A program made the translations under genes and the position numbers. Below are positions 1-13,335 of a DNA stretch of 64,000 nt, piece by piece. Numbering within the stretch: position 1 is the stretch's first letter; each line of letters starts with the position of its first letter. The DNA is from Malacoraja senta (taxonomy: Eukaryota), in assembly GCA_038087875.1 (NCBI GenBank), contig CM075978.1:100564001-100628000 (forward strand), written 5' to 3'. The notes under the pieces were generated by a model that saw only the letters and a list, made by a program, of their open reading frames with translations, was not told the DNA's origin and made no database searches.

Positions 1-3000
1 TCGTTTTGGAGGTACAATTCTCAAATCCTAAAAGACCCGCAAGGGAGTATATATCTAAAAAAACAAATGGACGTCTTTTTTGAAATAAATGACACTCCAG
101 ATATATCGCCTACTTTACTATGGGAATCTTTTAAAGCATTTTTATGAGGTGTTATAATCTCATACCAAGCTTTTCAAAATAAAAAGAATAAGAATGAACA
201 AAGACAGTTAGAAGAACAAATTAGACAACTGGATATAGATAATGCTAAAGATCCATCTATGGATAAACATAATAAAATAATAATTCTGAAATTTAAATTA
301 AATAAATTATTATCAGCCAAACTTATAAGACTTTTCCAAATTACAAGACAGGAACACTTTGAATTTGGGGATAAACCACACAAACTTTTGGCTCGTCAGC
401 TAAAAAAAACGAGAAAAAGAACACACGATTCAAAAGATTAAATCAGATAGAGGGGAATCATTAACTTTACCGAATGATATTAATAAAAGATTTGCGCAAT
501 TTTATGAGAATTTGTACACATCCAAAACGACAATGGACACCAATAAAATTACAGAGTTCTTGGATAACTGTAATCTTCCAAAGTTAGTTGAAGGAACAAG
601 AGGAATTGGGTGCACAAATCTCAATCAAGGAATTAGAAGACACAATAAATTCATTAAAGAATGGAAAAACTCCAGGTCCTAATGAATTTTATAAAAGTTT
701 TCATGACAAAATTATATCACGGTTACAAAAAATGTATCAATATGCCTTTAAAGAACAAATATTACCTGATACATTAGCTGAATCAACGATCACATTAATA
801 CTCAAAAAAGACAAAGATATAGAAGAACCGGGTTCTTATAGAGCTATAGCATTGTTAAATACAGATAAAAAAATATTAGCGAAAACATTAGCTAGAAGAT
901 TAAGTAAATATATTAGTAAATTAATAAACCCAGATCAAACGGGGTTTATCCCTAAGAGACATTCATCTAATAATATGAGACGGCTACCCAATATAATGCA
1001 CTCACACAAAATCGAAGAACAAGAATTATCAATTATTTCATTGGACGCTGAAAAAGCATTTGATCAAGTAGAATGGAATTATATGGATAAAGTATTACAA
1101 AAATTCCAATTGGGAGAGAATTTTATTCTATGCATTAAATTATTATATAATAAGCCTACAGCTAGAATATTAACTAATAACATATTATCTTCGAAATTCC
1201 AATTATCAAGGGGTAACAGACAAGGATGCTCATTAACACCGCAGTTATTTGCTCTTATAATTGAACCTTTAGCGGAAAAGATTAGAACACATCCAGATAT
1301 CCATGGCTATAACACTAAATATTCAAATAATAAAATATCGTTATACGCGGATGATATATTATTGTACATCACAAAACCTCAAATTACTATACCAAACATA
1401 CTAAATCTAATTGAGGATTTTGGATCCTTTTCTGGATACAGAATAAATTGGAATAAAAGTGAAATTATGTCAATAAAACCGAAAGACTCAACACATCTCT
1501 TAAAATTCTCTTTTAAAATAGCTACAGAAAAATTTAAATACTTGGGTATTGAAATTACCAGAACATATCAAGGCATATTCAAAGCAAATTATAATCCTCT
1601 ACTTAATAAATTAAATACATTAATTAAATTCTGGAAAACGCTTCCGATGTCTTTAATAGGCCGAATAAATGCAATAAAAATGATCTTTTTACCACAAATT
1701 CTATACCTATTTCAATCAATTCCCATATATTTACCAAAGAAGTTTAAAAAAAAATTGGATTCAGACATTACAAATTTTATATGGGATTATAAATCCCATA
1801 GAATACAAAGAACACATTTGAACAAAGCTAAAGTATTAGGGGGCTTAGCACTCCCTAACTTTATGTACTATTATTGGTCAGTAAAAAATTATGATTCAAC
1901 TGATGGACAACTCTGCCCAGCAGGTGGACTGGATTATAATGGAGAGAGAAGACTGCTCCTCTTGTAATATTGGAGCGATCCTCCTCTCACCAATGAATCT
2001 GAATAATATAATTATAACAAAAACCCAATTATACATAGTACAATTAGAACTTGGAAACAAATAAAACAAAATTTAAAATTAAGAAATCTATCGCTTTTAT
2101 CTCCAATAGTTAATAACCCTTCGTTTAAACCCTCTATTACAGACAAATCATTTATACAATGGGAAAGATTAGGAATTAAAACGCTCGGAGACTTGTATGA
2201 AACTGGAAAATTACTATCATTCCAACAATTACAAATAAAATATAAGCTGGGAAAATCAATACTTTAAATATTTTCAAATATGTGATTATCTGAAAAAATA
2301 TACAAAAGATCATTATCATACCAGATGTACTGGACGAAGCAATGCAGAAAAAAGCTGAATCAACAAACTTAATATCTTATTTGTATAATATTATTTTAAA
2401 TGTAGAAATACCAACTACGGAAGGTATTAGAAGAGACTGGGAACAAGAATTAGCTATTAAAATTTCAAAGGAAAGGTGGAATGAACATTTATTAAATATG
2501 CATAAATGCTCGATTAATGTAAGACACACTTTAATACAATTCAAAATTGTACACAGATTATATTATTCAAAAAAAATTAATAAAATTTCCCCCAATGTAT
2601 CATCTATTTGCGATAAATGTAAGTCTCAAGAAGCTACTATAGCGCACCCATTTGTTTTTTGTACAAAAATTCAAAAATGTTGGATTTAAATTTTTGAAAT
2701 CTTTACAAAATTATTTAAAATAAAACTGACACCAAAAGCAGAATGGATTATCTTCGGAACAACGGAAGATAGTCCTGAACTAAATGTGTTTCAAAAGCAC
2801 CTATTTGATTATGGGTTAATAACTGGAAAAAAGCTTATCTTAAAATTTTGGAAAAATGCGCCAATACCAACTATAAACATGTGGTTTTCAAACATGTTTG
2901 AAACATTACACCTAGAAGAGATAAGACTCCTCCTGGCAGGCAAATCAGATCACTTCCATCTGACGTGGTCTTCATTTATAGAACTATTACAAGCATAAGG

Positions 3001-3398
3001 TGCAAAAGTACTTTAAAAATGTATCGATGTGAGGACTTGGTAAAGGGGGATGAAAGGTGGCGAGTTGGTACATCCCATTTGCGTGATGCTCATAATAAAG
3101 TACTTGTTTTTCTCTTTTCTCTTCTTTCTCTTTTTTTCTTCTTTAGGGTCTATCTCTTAATCTTTTCTCTCTAATTTCTTTTCTACATGGTCTCTGTTCT
3201 TTCCTGTTGACACGATTTTACACTTTCACTATTTTCCATCACTTTCTCTTTTTTCTTAATTTCAACCTTTTATTTTTATTAGCTTTAAAAAATAAAGGAG
3301 TACATTAATGGTAATAAGATATACGTGATGAGTACTAATGTAATTTTTTGTAATTTAATGTACTTCTAATAAATAAAAGAAAAAAAAGGAAAAAAAAA
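1..3398 (+). mobile_element. L1-clade LINE, 3' part of ORF2 (degenerate) with poly(A) tail
   Basis: ORF 588-1967 has RT motifs (SLDAEKAFD, GNRQGC, LYADD). C-terminal Cys-rich fragments at 2342-2998. A-rich tail about 3369-3398. Confidence 0.92.
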
Positions 3399-3663
3399 GA
3401 AGTTTGAGCTTTATTTTATGAGAAGTCGCGATGAGGGATCACGTGCCCTCCACTCCGGACCCTATTCTCATAAAGATCATTCGATAGTTCTAGCCTTCAA
3501 TCTTTCTATAGCTTAGGTCAGCAACTATTCTGTGGGTTCATGCAGCTACTTTGAAGATTGACGCGCATGCGCCTGCTGGGCTTCTTCACGTAATCCCTCA
3601 TCGCGACTTCTCATAAAATAAAGATCAAACTTCAAACGGTAAGTTCTCGTTTAATCTTTCTAG
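3399..3663 (-). mobile_element. Inverted-repeat module resembling a DIRS1 3' end (ICR + right ITR)
   Basis: About 40-bp inverted repeat (3399-3439 vs about 3593-3633) with 1 mismatch. One arm extends AAACGGTAAGTTCTCGTTTAATCTTTCT; the other is cut by the L1 tail. The DIRS assignment rests on architecture only. Confidence 0.45.
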
Positions 3664-5801
3664 TATTGCTGACTTTCCTTATCGACATTGAGTTGGGCAT
3701 ACGCGTGAGACAAATCCAGTTTAGTGAAGATTCTTGCACCGCTAAGTTCTGTGTACAGATCTTGCGAGGTTGGTAACGGATATTGTTCGTCATCAACGGC
3801 TTGGTTGATTGTGACTTTGTAATCACCACAGTCGAACAGTTTTATTAGCCTTGGGTACGGCCACAATTGGCGTTGCCCAGTTACTCTGGTCTGTCTTCAC
3901 AAGTACTCCATTACGCTCTAATCTGTCGAGTTCTACCTCCACTTGTTGCTTTAGTGCATTTGGTACAGGTCTTGGTCGACAATACACAGGCTTCACATCT
4001 TGCTTAAGTCGAATGTGTGCAGAGTACCCTGTTATTCCTGTGTAACTGTCAGCAAAAATGCTTGCATGTTTGCTTATGATGTTTTCAAGACGTGATTTGG
4101 ACAAATTGACGCTGAACTTTACAGTTCATTTGTCCACAAGTCTCCAAAACTTCGCCCGAGTAGGATCTCAACTTGACCTTACTCTCAAACAATGGTATCT
4201 GTGGGAACTTTGTTTCGTACAGGTCTTTGCTCATGACCGAACAATCTGCTGCCGTGTCAATACACATATCGATTAACTGTTCATTAATCAATAGTTTAGT
4301 TTGAAAGTCCTTGCCTTGGCTGGTTGTAGGCTTATCGATGTTGGTTGCATAAATGGTGTTCATTTACATCTGGGTTCACCTCTAAGTTGTGAACTCCTCT
4401 CCGGTGTTGTTGCTTGATTCCCGCAGATTGTTGGTTTCCTGTTTTATGCTTGGCCCGACATGCTGAGGCGATATGGCCTTTCTTCTGGCAGTTATAGCAC
4501 TTGGCCATTTTGAACTGACAAAATTGGGATGAGTGATTACCGTTGCAACGATAACAACTGGCTGCACTTGGCTCCCCACCATACTTCGGTTTTGGTTTAG
4601 CGCCTCTTGGTTTGGCCATAGGCACTGCCTTGTGACTGTAAACGGTTACTGCAGTTCGTGGTGGGCGAAACTCGCGAGCATTCTTTGATGCCATGTCCAA
4701 TGTGGTAGCAATCTTGCATGCTTTCTCGAATTTGAGATCTGGAGTGTTCATCAGTTTGTACTGAATTCGTTCATCCACTGGACCACAAACAAATCTGTCG
4801 CGTAGTGCTCGTCCACGAAAGGTTCCAAAGTTACAGTGTAAACTTAAGTTTTTCAAGGCAACAATGTACTCATTGATTGTCTCATTCTGCTTCTGGTTTC
4901 TAGTGCCAAATTTATAGCTTTCTGCAATTTCCAGAGGCTTTGGGTTAAACTGCTCCTCCAACTTCTTTATAATGTCATTGAATGGCGCATCTTTTGCCTT
5001 TAAGGGTGCAAGGAGATTCACGAGTGTGCCGTACACTTCAGGACAGATCTCCGTGAGCAGAATCACCTTCATGCGTTCGCAAACGGTCTTATTTGTTTCA
5101 GTCACTATCTCTCCTTCACCACTAGTCTCCAATATATTGTTTGCCGTGAAAAACATGTTTGCTCTCTCCATATAGGAGCTGAACAGCTCTCTAATCTTGT
5201 CAAAAGTGCCAAGGTTTCCGATGTAGCCCGTGGACGCAGCCATCGTGTCGTTCTCTTTTAAAAAAATTAAAAGGTCCGTTCAAAAACTCCGAATTCCTGT
5301 CTGTTCTGGTGTAGCAATTCACCTAAAACTTAGCTGTACAAAGGCTATTCAGCTTGAGGAATTCGACAAAAAAAACTCAGTCTGAAATGTTATACACTCC
5401 CAAGGATGACATCTTGCCACGTAGACACAACATAGAGATAGCCTGACAAACTCTCGCCGATTTATCCAGCTGCTGTTTTAAACTACAGTCCCCTGCATAG
5501 ACGGATCTGCAGGCCTCTCATGTCCAGCTCGCAAACAACTGCGACATAACTCTGTATTTACTGTTTAAACTATTAAACAATACTGCGTGTTGCAAAACAG
5601 TCCTGCACCGTATTTAAAGGATGAGTTCACAAACTCTATCCCATCCTCGTTGCCAATTTTGTTATATTCCGGACAGCAGAATGAATAACAACGTACACGC
5701 AAGCTGCCTGGTTCACAAGAGAGATTTAATACCCAACATTCCCTACTTATATACAACACCAACTCATTAGCATATACATGAATATGCATGAATACATTAC
5801 A
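3661..5801 (-). mobile_element. Gypsy LTR retrotransposon A (5' LTR, PBS, gag, protease, partial RT; 3' truncated)
   Basis: LTR 5660-5801 (TG...CA), PBS-like TGGCAACGAGGATGG. Gag 4332-5243 with CCHC knuckles, protease IDTAADCS, RT fragments (WATPIVAVPK, LDLSHAY). Confidence 0.88.
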
Positions 5802-5806
5802 GGTGG

Positions 5807-7695
5807 TGTAGATGAGATATGCATGTGCCTTTAATATAGTTACCTCATCACTACTAACCACTCCCCATATCACAAGTATAATTACAATCTCCCCACCCGC
5901 ATATCGCTCTCTAGTTCCTGTGACAGACCACGTACAGCTAGTGCCTTCTGTAATGCTGCAGTATGAATAAATGAAGTAAAGTTACGATGTGTTGATAACA
6001 CTTCTTTACATGGTGTCAGCCCCCTTACCCTTGCGCCTCCTATTTATCGGTGATTTACTTGGCTGGTCCGGATGCCCTGGCTCGGTCAGACTTCTTCGTC
6101 TACGCTGCGGGTGAATCTGCTCGGGACCCGGTATGTTTGTTGGCTAAGTTTACCATGATTTGCGACATTCCATCAAACTGCATTTTAGAACGTTTTAAAC
6201 TGTTCGGGCGGCGGCAGAACCCCGGCGAATCCGCCGAGAACTATGTCGCTGCGCTGCGACACCTGGCCAGGTGGTGCCGCTTTGACACGCTGACCCCCGA
6301 GGAGCTGACCAGGGACCTTCTGGTTTACAGTCTCCGCGACGAAAAGCTAAGGGCTGAACTTTTGCGCCGGGCTGATCTGACTTTTAACGAGGCAATGCAC
6401 TCCTGTTGTTTAGCCGAAGCTGTCACCTCGGCGGTATCACTAGCTGATCACATTAACTTTGCCAGCGCTACCAGCCGTCGGCTGAACACGACCCCGCCAC
6501 GGCCCCCGGGGTCCGGCACTGCTCCAGGGGGACGCGCCCGGGGGACGTGCCCGGCAAAGGTGCTAGCCGAAGGGGGTGCTGAAAGTTGTCAATATGGAGG
6601 ACTGCTCGTCAAGCGGTATCTGCCAGAAGGAGCTCTTGGCATTGAGGACAGAAAAGATTGTGGCCGGACCAACCTGTGCAGCGACGTCCTCTACTGTTCT
6701 CATAGGGTAGTTGCCAGGTTGAGGTCTTTGGGGTTGATGCAAATGCGTCTTTCGCTTTTGTCCTTTTTCGCGGCAACAACCATGGTGGAGACCCACCTGG
6801 TGGGATCGCTGACCGCCTTTAGGATGCCCATTTTTACCATGCTGTGCAGCGTCGATTCTACTTTGTCCTTCATGGCGAAGGAGACACGGTGTGGCGCACG
6901 GACCACTGGCTCGACCTTGCGGTCGACTACAATCTTGTAGTTGCAGGGCAGCTTGCCCAGCTCGTCATCAAAGCAGTCAGGGTATTCAGTCAACGGGTCC
7001 ATGAGGGCCTGCACCTGGTGGATTTCACGGTGGAAGGAGACCAGGCCCAAGTCCTGGCATGCTTGGATGCCCAACAGGGTAATGCATTTGCGATCGAGGA
7101 GATAGAAAGTGAGGGGCCGAGAGGTCTCCAGTATCTTGCAGCGCAGAGTTGCCTTTCCCACAGGAATAAGCACCCCTCCCCGTAAGCATGCAAAGTTGAG
7201 CAATCAGAAAAAACCTTCTCATTAGTCCTCACTCGCCTGCCCGCAGCTGAACCCTCATCTCCTCCTGCCTTTCTGCCCTTGTCTTCTCCGTCCCCTCCCG
7301 GTTCCCCCGTTCCAGTTCGTCGGTCCTCACCTGTGCCACTTCTTCCTGCCGGAAGGGAGGATGGCGAGATGCGAACCCGGTCGGGACGTGTTGTCAAGCC
7401 GTCTGTCCGATATGGTGATTTTGCTTAACTGTTCTAGCGCATGAGACGTGGTCGCCCTGTCACTATTGTGTTTGCCTTTCGTTTCCAAGGGGAAGGATGT
7501 AGATGAGATATGCATGTGCCTTTAATATAGTTACCTCTTCACTACTAACCACTCCCCATATCACAAGTATAATTACAACCTCCCCACCCACATATCTAGT
7601 TCCTGTGATAGACCACGTACAGCTAGTGCCTTCTGTAATGCTGCAGTATGAATAAATGAAGTAAAATTATGATGTGTCGATAACACTTCTTTACA
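5807..7695 (+). mobile_element. Internally deleted and inverted Gypsy element B with both LTRs
   Basis: LTRs 5807-6010 and 7498-7695 (7 substitutions, 1 indel), TSD GGTGG (5802-5806, 7696-7700), PBS TGGTGTCAG, PPT AAGGGGAAGGA. Gag on +, protease/RT segment about 6561-7200 on -. Confidence 0.9.
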
Positions 7696-10369
7696 GGTGG
7701 CAAATATGGAGATGGTTGAACTGTGCAAAGGGATTTTGACAGACACCCACTCGACAGAGTTTGTGGACTTTGGGCTGAGAGGAACTGCAGGCTGTTGCCA
7801 ACGAGACATCAGTGTGAGGAAGTAAGCCTGTGGTTGGTGAACACCAGGAGAGTAGAAGAGCATTTATGTGGCATCAATATAATTAAAAGTCTAAACTTGA
7901 CCACTTCCTGTTTGCACTGTATATTGATTTTTGAAAAACGCTACCACTTACGGCTGTGATTTTTGGCCATCTTACTCAGAGTTCCCCTCCGCTCATCAGG
8001 TGCAGAGGATTTTTCCCATCGATGAAAAATAAAAGAGTTATTTGTGTTTAGAAAATGTTGAGATTCTCTCTCCTCTCAATCATGCCATGAAGGCCACGCC
8101 CCTTCCGGTGGGGGGAGGAACTATAAACCCAGAAGTGTGGGCGTGGCTCTGCCCCTGCAAGATGGGGAGGGTGAGGTCATGACTCATCTGAACTGTGAAT
8201 CAACTGAACACACTGAATGTCTACTGAACTGTGTGGTTTTACGTGGTTTTTATGTGGTTTTTACATGGTTTTGTGGTGTTTTGTGGTTTTGTGGTAGTTT
8301 TATGGTGGTTTCACCCTGCTTGCAATGGTATGAAACTGAACGAATTTGGTTGTCTTGCACCATGCTTGAAATGGCATGAAACTGCACTTGAATTTGGTGG
8401 CCTTGCAGCCTGCTTGAAATTGTATGAAACTGCACCTTTATTTAGTGGCATTGCACCCTGCTTCAAATGGTATGAAACTGCATTTGAATTTGGTGGCCTT
8501 GCACCCTGCTTGAAATGGTATGAAATTGCATTTGAATTTGGTGGCCTTGCACCCTGCTTGAAATGGTATGAAACTGCATTTGAATTTGGTGGCCTTGCAA
8601 CCTGCATGAAATAGGATGAAACTGCATTTGAATTTAGTGCCTTGCACCCTGCATGAAATGATATGACACTGCATTTGAATTTGGTGGCCTTGCACCTTGC
8701 ACCCTGCTTGACATGGCATGAAACTGCACTTGAATTTGGTGGCCCTTCACCCTGCCTGAAATGGCATGATACTGCACTTGAATTTGGTGACCTCGTACCG
8801 TGCGTAAAGTGGTATGAAACTGCACTAGAATTTGGTGGCCTCGCACCCTGCTTGAAGTGGCATGAAACTGCACTTGAATTTGATGGCCTTGTACCCTGCT
8901 TGAAGTGGTATGAAACTGCACTTTAATTTGGTGGCCTCGCACCATGCTTGAAGTGGTATGAAACGGCACTTGAGTTTGGTGGCCTTGCACCCTGCTTGAA
9001 ATGGTATGAAACTGCATTTGAATTTGGTTGCCTTGCACGCTGCTTGAAACGGTATGAAACTGCACTTGAATTTGGTGGCCTTGCACCCTGCTTGAAATGG
9101 TACGAAACTGCATTAGAATTTGGTGGCCTTGCACCCTGCTTGAAATGGTATGAAACTGCATTTGCATTTGGTGACCTTGCACCCTGCTTGAAGTGGTATG
9201 AAACTGCACTTGAATTTAGTGGCATTGCACGCTGCTTGAAATGGTATGAAACTGCACTTGAAATTGGTTGCCTTGCACCCGGCTTGAAATGGTACGAAAC
9301 TGCACTTGAATTTGGTGGCCTTGCCTCCTGCTTGAAATGGAACGAAACGGCACTTGAGTTTGGTGGCCTTGCACCCTGCTTGAAATGGAATGAAACTGCA
9401 CGAGTTTGGTGGCCTTGCACCCTGCTTGAAATGGTGTGAAACTGAACTTGAGTTTGGTGGCCTTGCACCCAGCTTGAAATGGTACGATACTGCACTTGAA
9501 TTTGGTGGCCTTGCACCCTGCTTGACATGGCATGAAACTGCACTTGAATTTGGTGGCCCTTCACCCTGCCTGAAATGGCATGAAACAGCACTTGAATTTG
9601 GTGGCCTCGTACCCTGCGTAAAGTGGTATGAAACTGCACTTGAATTTGGGGGCCTCGCACCCTGCTTGAAGTGGTATGAAACTGCACTTGAATTTGGTGA
9701 CCTTGCACCCTGCTTGAAATGGTATGAAACTGCACTTGAATTTGGTGGCATTGCACGCTGCTTGAAATGGTATGAAACTGCACTTGAATTTGGTGGCCTT
9801 GCACCCTGCTTGAAATGGTACGAAACTGCATTTGAATTTGGTGGCCTTGCACCCTGCTTGAAATGGTATGAAACTGCATTTGAATTTGGTGGCCTTGCAC
9901 CCTGCTTGAAATGGTATGAAACTGCATTTGAATTTGGTGACCTTGCACCCTGGTTGGTATGAAACTGCACTTGAATTTGGTGGCCTCGCACCATACTTGA
10001 AGTGGTATGAAACTGCATTTGTGTTTGGTGGCCTTGCACCCTGCTTGAAGTGGTATGAAACTGCACCTGAGTTTGGTGGTCTTGCACCCTGCTTGAACTG
10101 GTATGAAACTGCACGAGTTTGGTGGCCTTGCACCCTACTTGAAATGGTATGAAACTGAACTTGAGTTTGGGGGCCTTGCACCCTGCTTGAAATGTATGAA
10201 ACTGCTTTTGAATTTGGTGGCCTTTCACCCTGCTTGAAATGGTGTGAAACTGCATTTCAATTTGGTGACCTTGCACCCTGCTTGAAGTGGTATGAAACTG
10301 CACTTGAATTTGGTGGCCTTGCACGCAGCTTGAAATGGTATGAAACTGCACTTGAATTTGGTGGCCTTG

Positions 10370-10534
10370 TGTGCACTATCACCCCTACTATTTGCACTTG
10401 TGATAGCCTTTAGCAGAAAGTATAAGAAGCCATCCGAATATTCGGGGATATAATACCAAAGATTCAAATAATAAAATCTCACTATACGCAGACGACGTAT
10501 TATTATACATCACAAATTCGCAAATTAGTAAACC
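10370..10534 (+). mobile_element. Duplicated 165-bp 5' junction fragment of the same L1
   Basis: Near-identical to 11199-11363 (period 829 bp), then reverts to satellite. Confidence 0.88.
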
Positions 10535-11198
10535 TGCTTGAAGTGGTATGAAACTGCACTTGAATTTGGTGGCATTGCACACTGCTTGAAATGGTATGAA
10601 ACTGCACTTGAATTTGGTTGCCTTGCACTCTGCTTGAACTGGTACGAAACTGCACTTGAATTTGGTGGCCTTGCACCCTGCTTGAAATGGTACGAAACTG
10701 CATTTGAATTTGGTGGCCGTGCCCCCTGCTTGAAATGGTACGAAACGGCAGTTGAGTTTGGTGGCCTTGCACCCTGCTTGAAGTGGTATGAAACTGCACT
10801 TGAATTTGGTGGCCTCGCACCATACTTGAAGTGGTATGAAACTGCATTTGAGTTTGGTGGCCTTGCACCCTGCTTGAAGTGGTATGAAACTGCACCTGAG
10901 TTTGGTGGTCTTGCACCCTGCTTGAACTGGTATGAAACTGCACGTGTTTGGTGTCCTTGCACCCTACTTGAAATGGTATGAAACTGAACTTGAGTTTGGG
11001 GGCCTTGCACCCTGCTTGAAATGTATGAAACTGCATTTGAATTTGGTGGCCTTTCACCCTGCTTGAAATGGTGTGAAACTGCATTTCAATTTGGTGACCT
11101 TGCACCCTGCTTGAAGTGGTATGAAACTGCACTTGAATTTGGTGGCCTTGCACGCAGCTTGAAATGGTATGAAACTGCACTTGAATTTGGTGGCCTTG

Positions 11199-13335
11199 TG
11201 TGCACTAACACCCCTACTATTTGCACTTGTGATAGCCTTTAGCAGAAAGTATAAGAAGCCATCCGAATATTCGGGGATATAATACCAAAGATTCAAATAA
11301 TAAAATCTCACTATACGCAGACGACGTATTATTATACATCACAAATTCGCAAATTAGTAAACCAAACATACAAAATTTAATAGAGGAATTTGGCTCCTTT
11401 TCAGGATATAGAATAAATTGGAAGAAAAGTGAAATTATGACGTTAAAACCACAAGACTCGACACATCTGTTAAAATATCCCCCTTTTTTTTTTTAATTGC
11501 AACAGAAAAATTTAAGTATTTGGGTATTCAAATTACTAGAAAATATAAATCATTATTTAATGCATATTTTATGCCTTTACTAACTAAACTGAATGGGTTG
11601 ATTAAATTCTGGAAAAACCTTGCCGATGTCTTTAATAGGTAGAATAAATGCTATTAAAATGATTTTTCTACCACAAATATTACACCTATTTCAATCTATT
11701 CCAATATACTTACCAAAAAACTTCTTAAAAATATTAGATTCTAGTATTACTAACTTCATATGGGACTATAGAGTGCATAGAATGCAAAGAAAACATCTGT
11801 GTAAACCTAAAGAATTTGGGGGACTGACACTCCTAAACTTTTTATACTACTACTGGGCAGTACTTATTAAAAACATAATTAATTGGTTGGACAGCTCTGC
11901 CCATCAGGTAGAATGGATAAGAATGGAGAAAGAGGATTGTTCTCCTTTTAATATAGGAGCGATCCTCTTCTCCCCGATAAAATTAAACAATACAATATAT
12001 AAGAAGAACCCAATTATTCACAACACAATTCGAATTTAGAAACAAATAAAAATAACTTTGAAAGTAAGAAATGTATCGCTTTTAACTCCAATAGTAAATA
12101 ACCCCTCATTTAAGCCATCTCTTATTGATAAAGCGTATACCTTTGGGGAAAGATTAGGAATTAAAAGCTTTGGAGATTTGTATGAAATGGGAATTTTTAA
12201 AATCATTTCAACAACTACAATTAAAATACAACTTGAAAAATAATCAATACTTTAGATACATTCAAATCAGAGATTATTTGAAACAACACATACAAGGATA
12301 TCAAAATATAACTTTAGATTCACTAGATGAAACGATGAATATTAAAGCAGTTTCAAGCAATTTAATATCATACATATAATATTATATTAAATATAGAACC
12401 TCCATCAACAGAGGCAATTAGGGTAGATTGGGAACAAGAATTACAGATCAAAATTGCAAAAGAAGCATGGGAAAAATACCTGATATATATACATAAATGT
12501 TTGATTAATGTAAAACACAATTTAATCCAATTTAAAATTTTACATAGACTATATTACTCGAAAACTAGATTGAATACATTTTATCCAAATATCTCACCAA
12601 TATGTGATAAATGCTTAGCTGAGAATGCCACTAGAACACACTCTTTTGTCTCCTGTATAAAACTTCATAAATTCTGGAATGAAATTTTTGAAATTTTTAC
12701 AAAATTATTTAATAGAAGACTGGAACGGAATACAGAATTGATTATCTTTGGATCAATGGAAGATGGGAATAAGCTAAATACATATCAAACATCCTTACTT
12801 AATTACGGTTTAATAATGGCAAAAAAACATACTTAAATTTTGGAAAAATTCGCCAACACCAACGGTGAAAATGTGGATTTCAAATATGTCAGAAACGGCA
12901 TATCTTGAAGAAATACGACTCCTTCTAATAGGTAAGGTAGACCTCTTCTTATTGAAATGGTCTCTCTTTATCGACTTACTACAAGCCTATGGTGCAACAC
13001 AATCATAGAAATATAATGGTTCAGAAACAGGTGACTGGGGGCAGGATTATCAAATAGATATATCGCTTTCAATCTCCTTTCCTCTTCTCTTTTGTTTCTT
13101 TTTCTTTCTTTCTTCTCTTCTTTTTTTCTCCTCATTTTTTTTCTAGGGCTATTTTGCCATCTCACGCAACACTTCATCTCAATCTTTCCTTTTGTAATCT
13201 TTCATTACTTATTTTTGCTTTATTATTAAATTAAAAATAAGAAATTGTATATGAAATGTAATATGTCAATAAGTATTAGGTACTTTGGTACCACATTATT
13301 GTACTTACTTCTAAAAAATAAAATAAAAAATAAAA
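11199..13335 (+). mobile_element. 5'-truncated L1 inserted in the satellite
   Basis: Starts in RT (PLLFALV..., LYADD) and runs to an A-rich tail. GAATTTGGTGGCCTTG is present at both junctions, consistent with a TSD, though it is satellite sequence. Confidence 0.88.
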
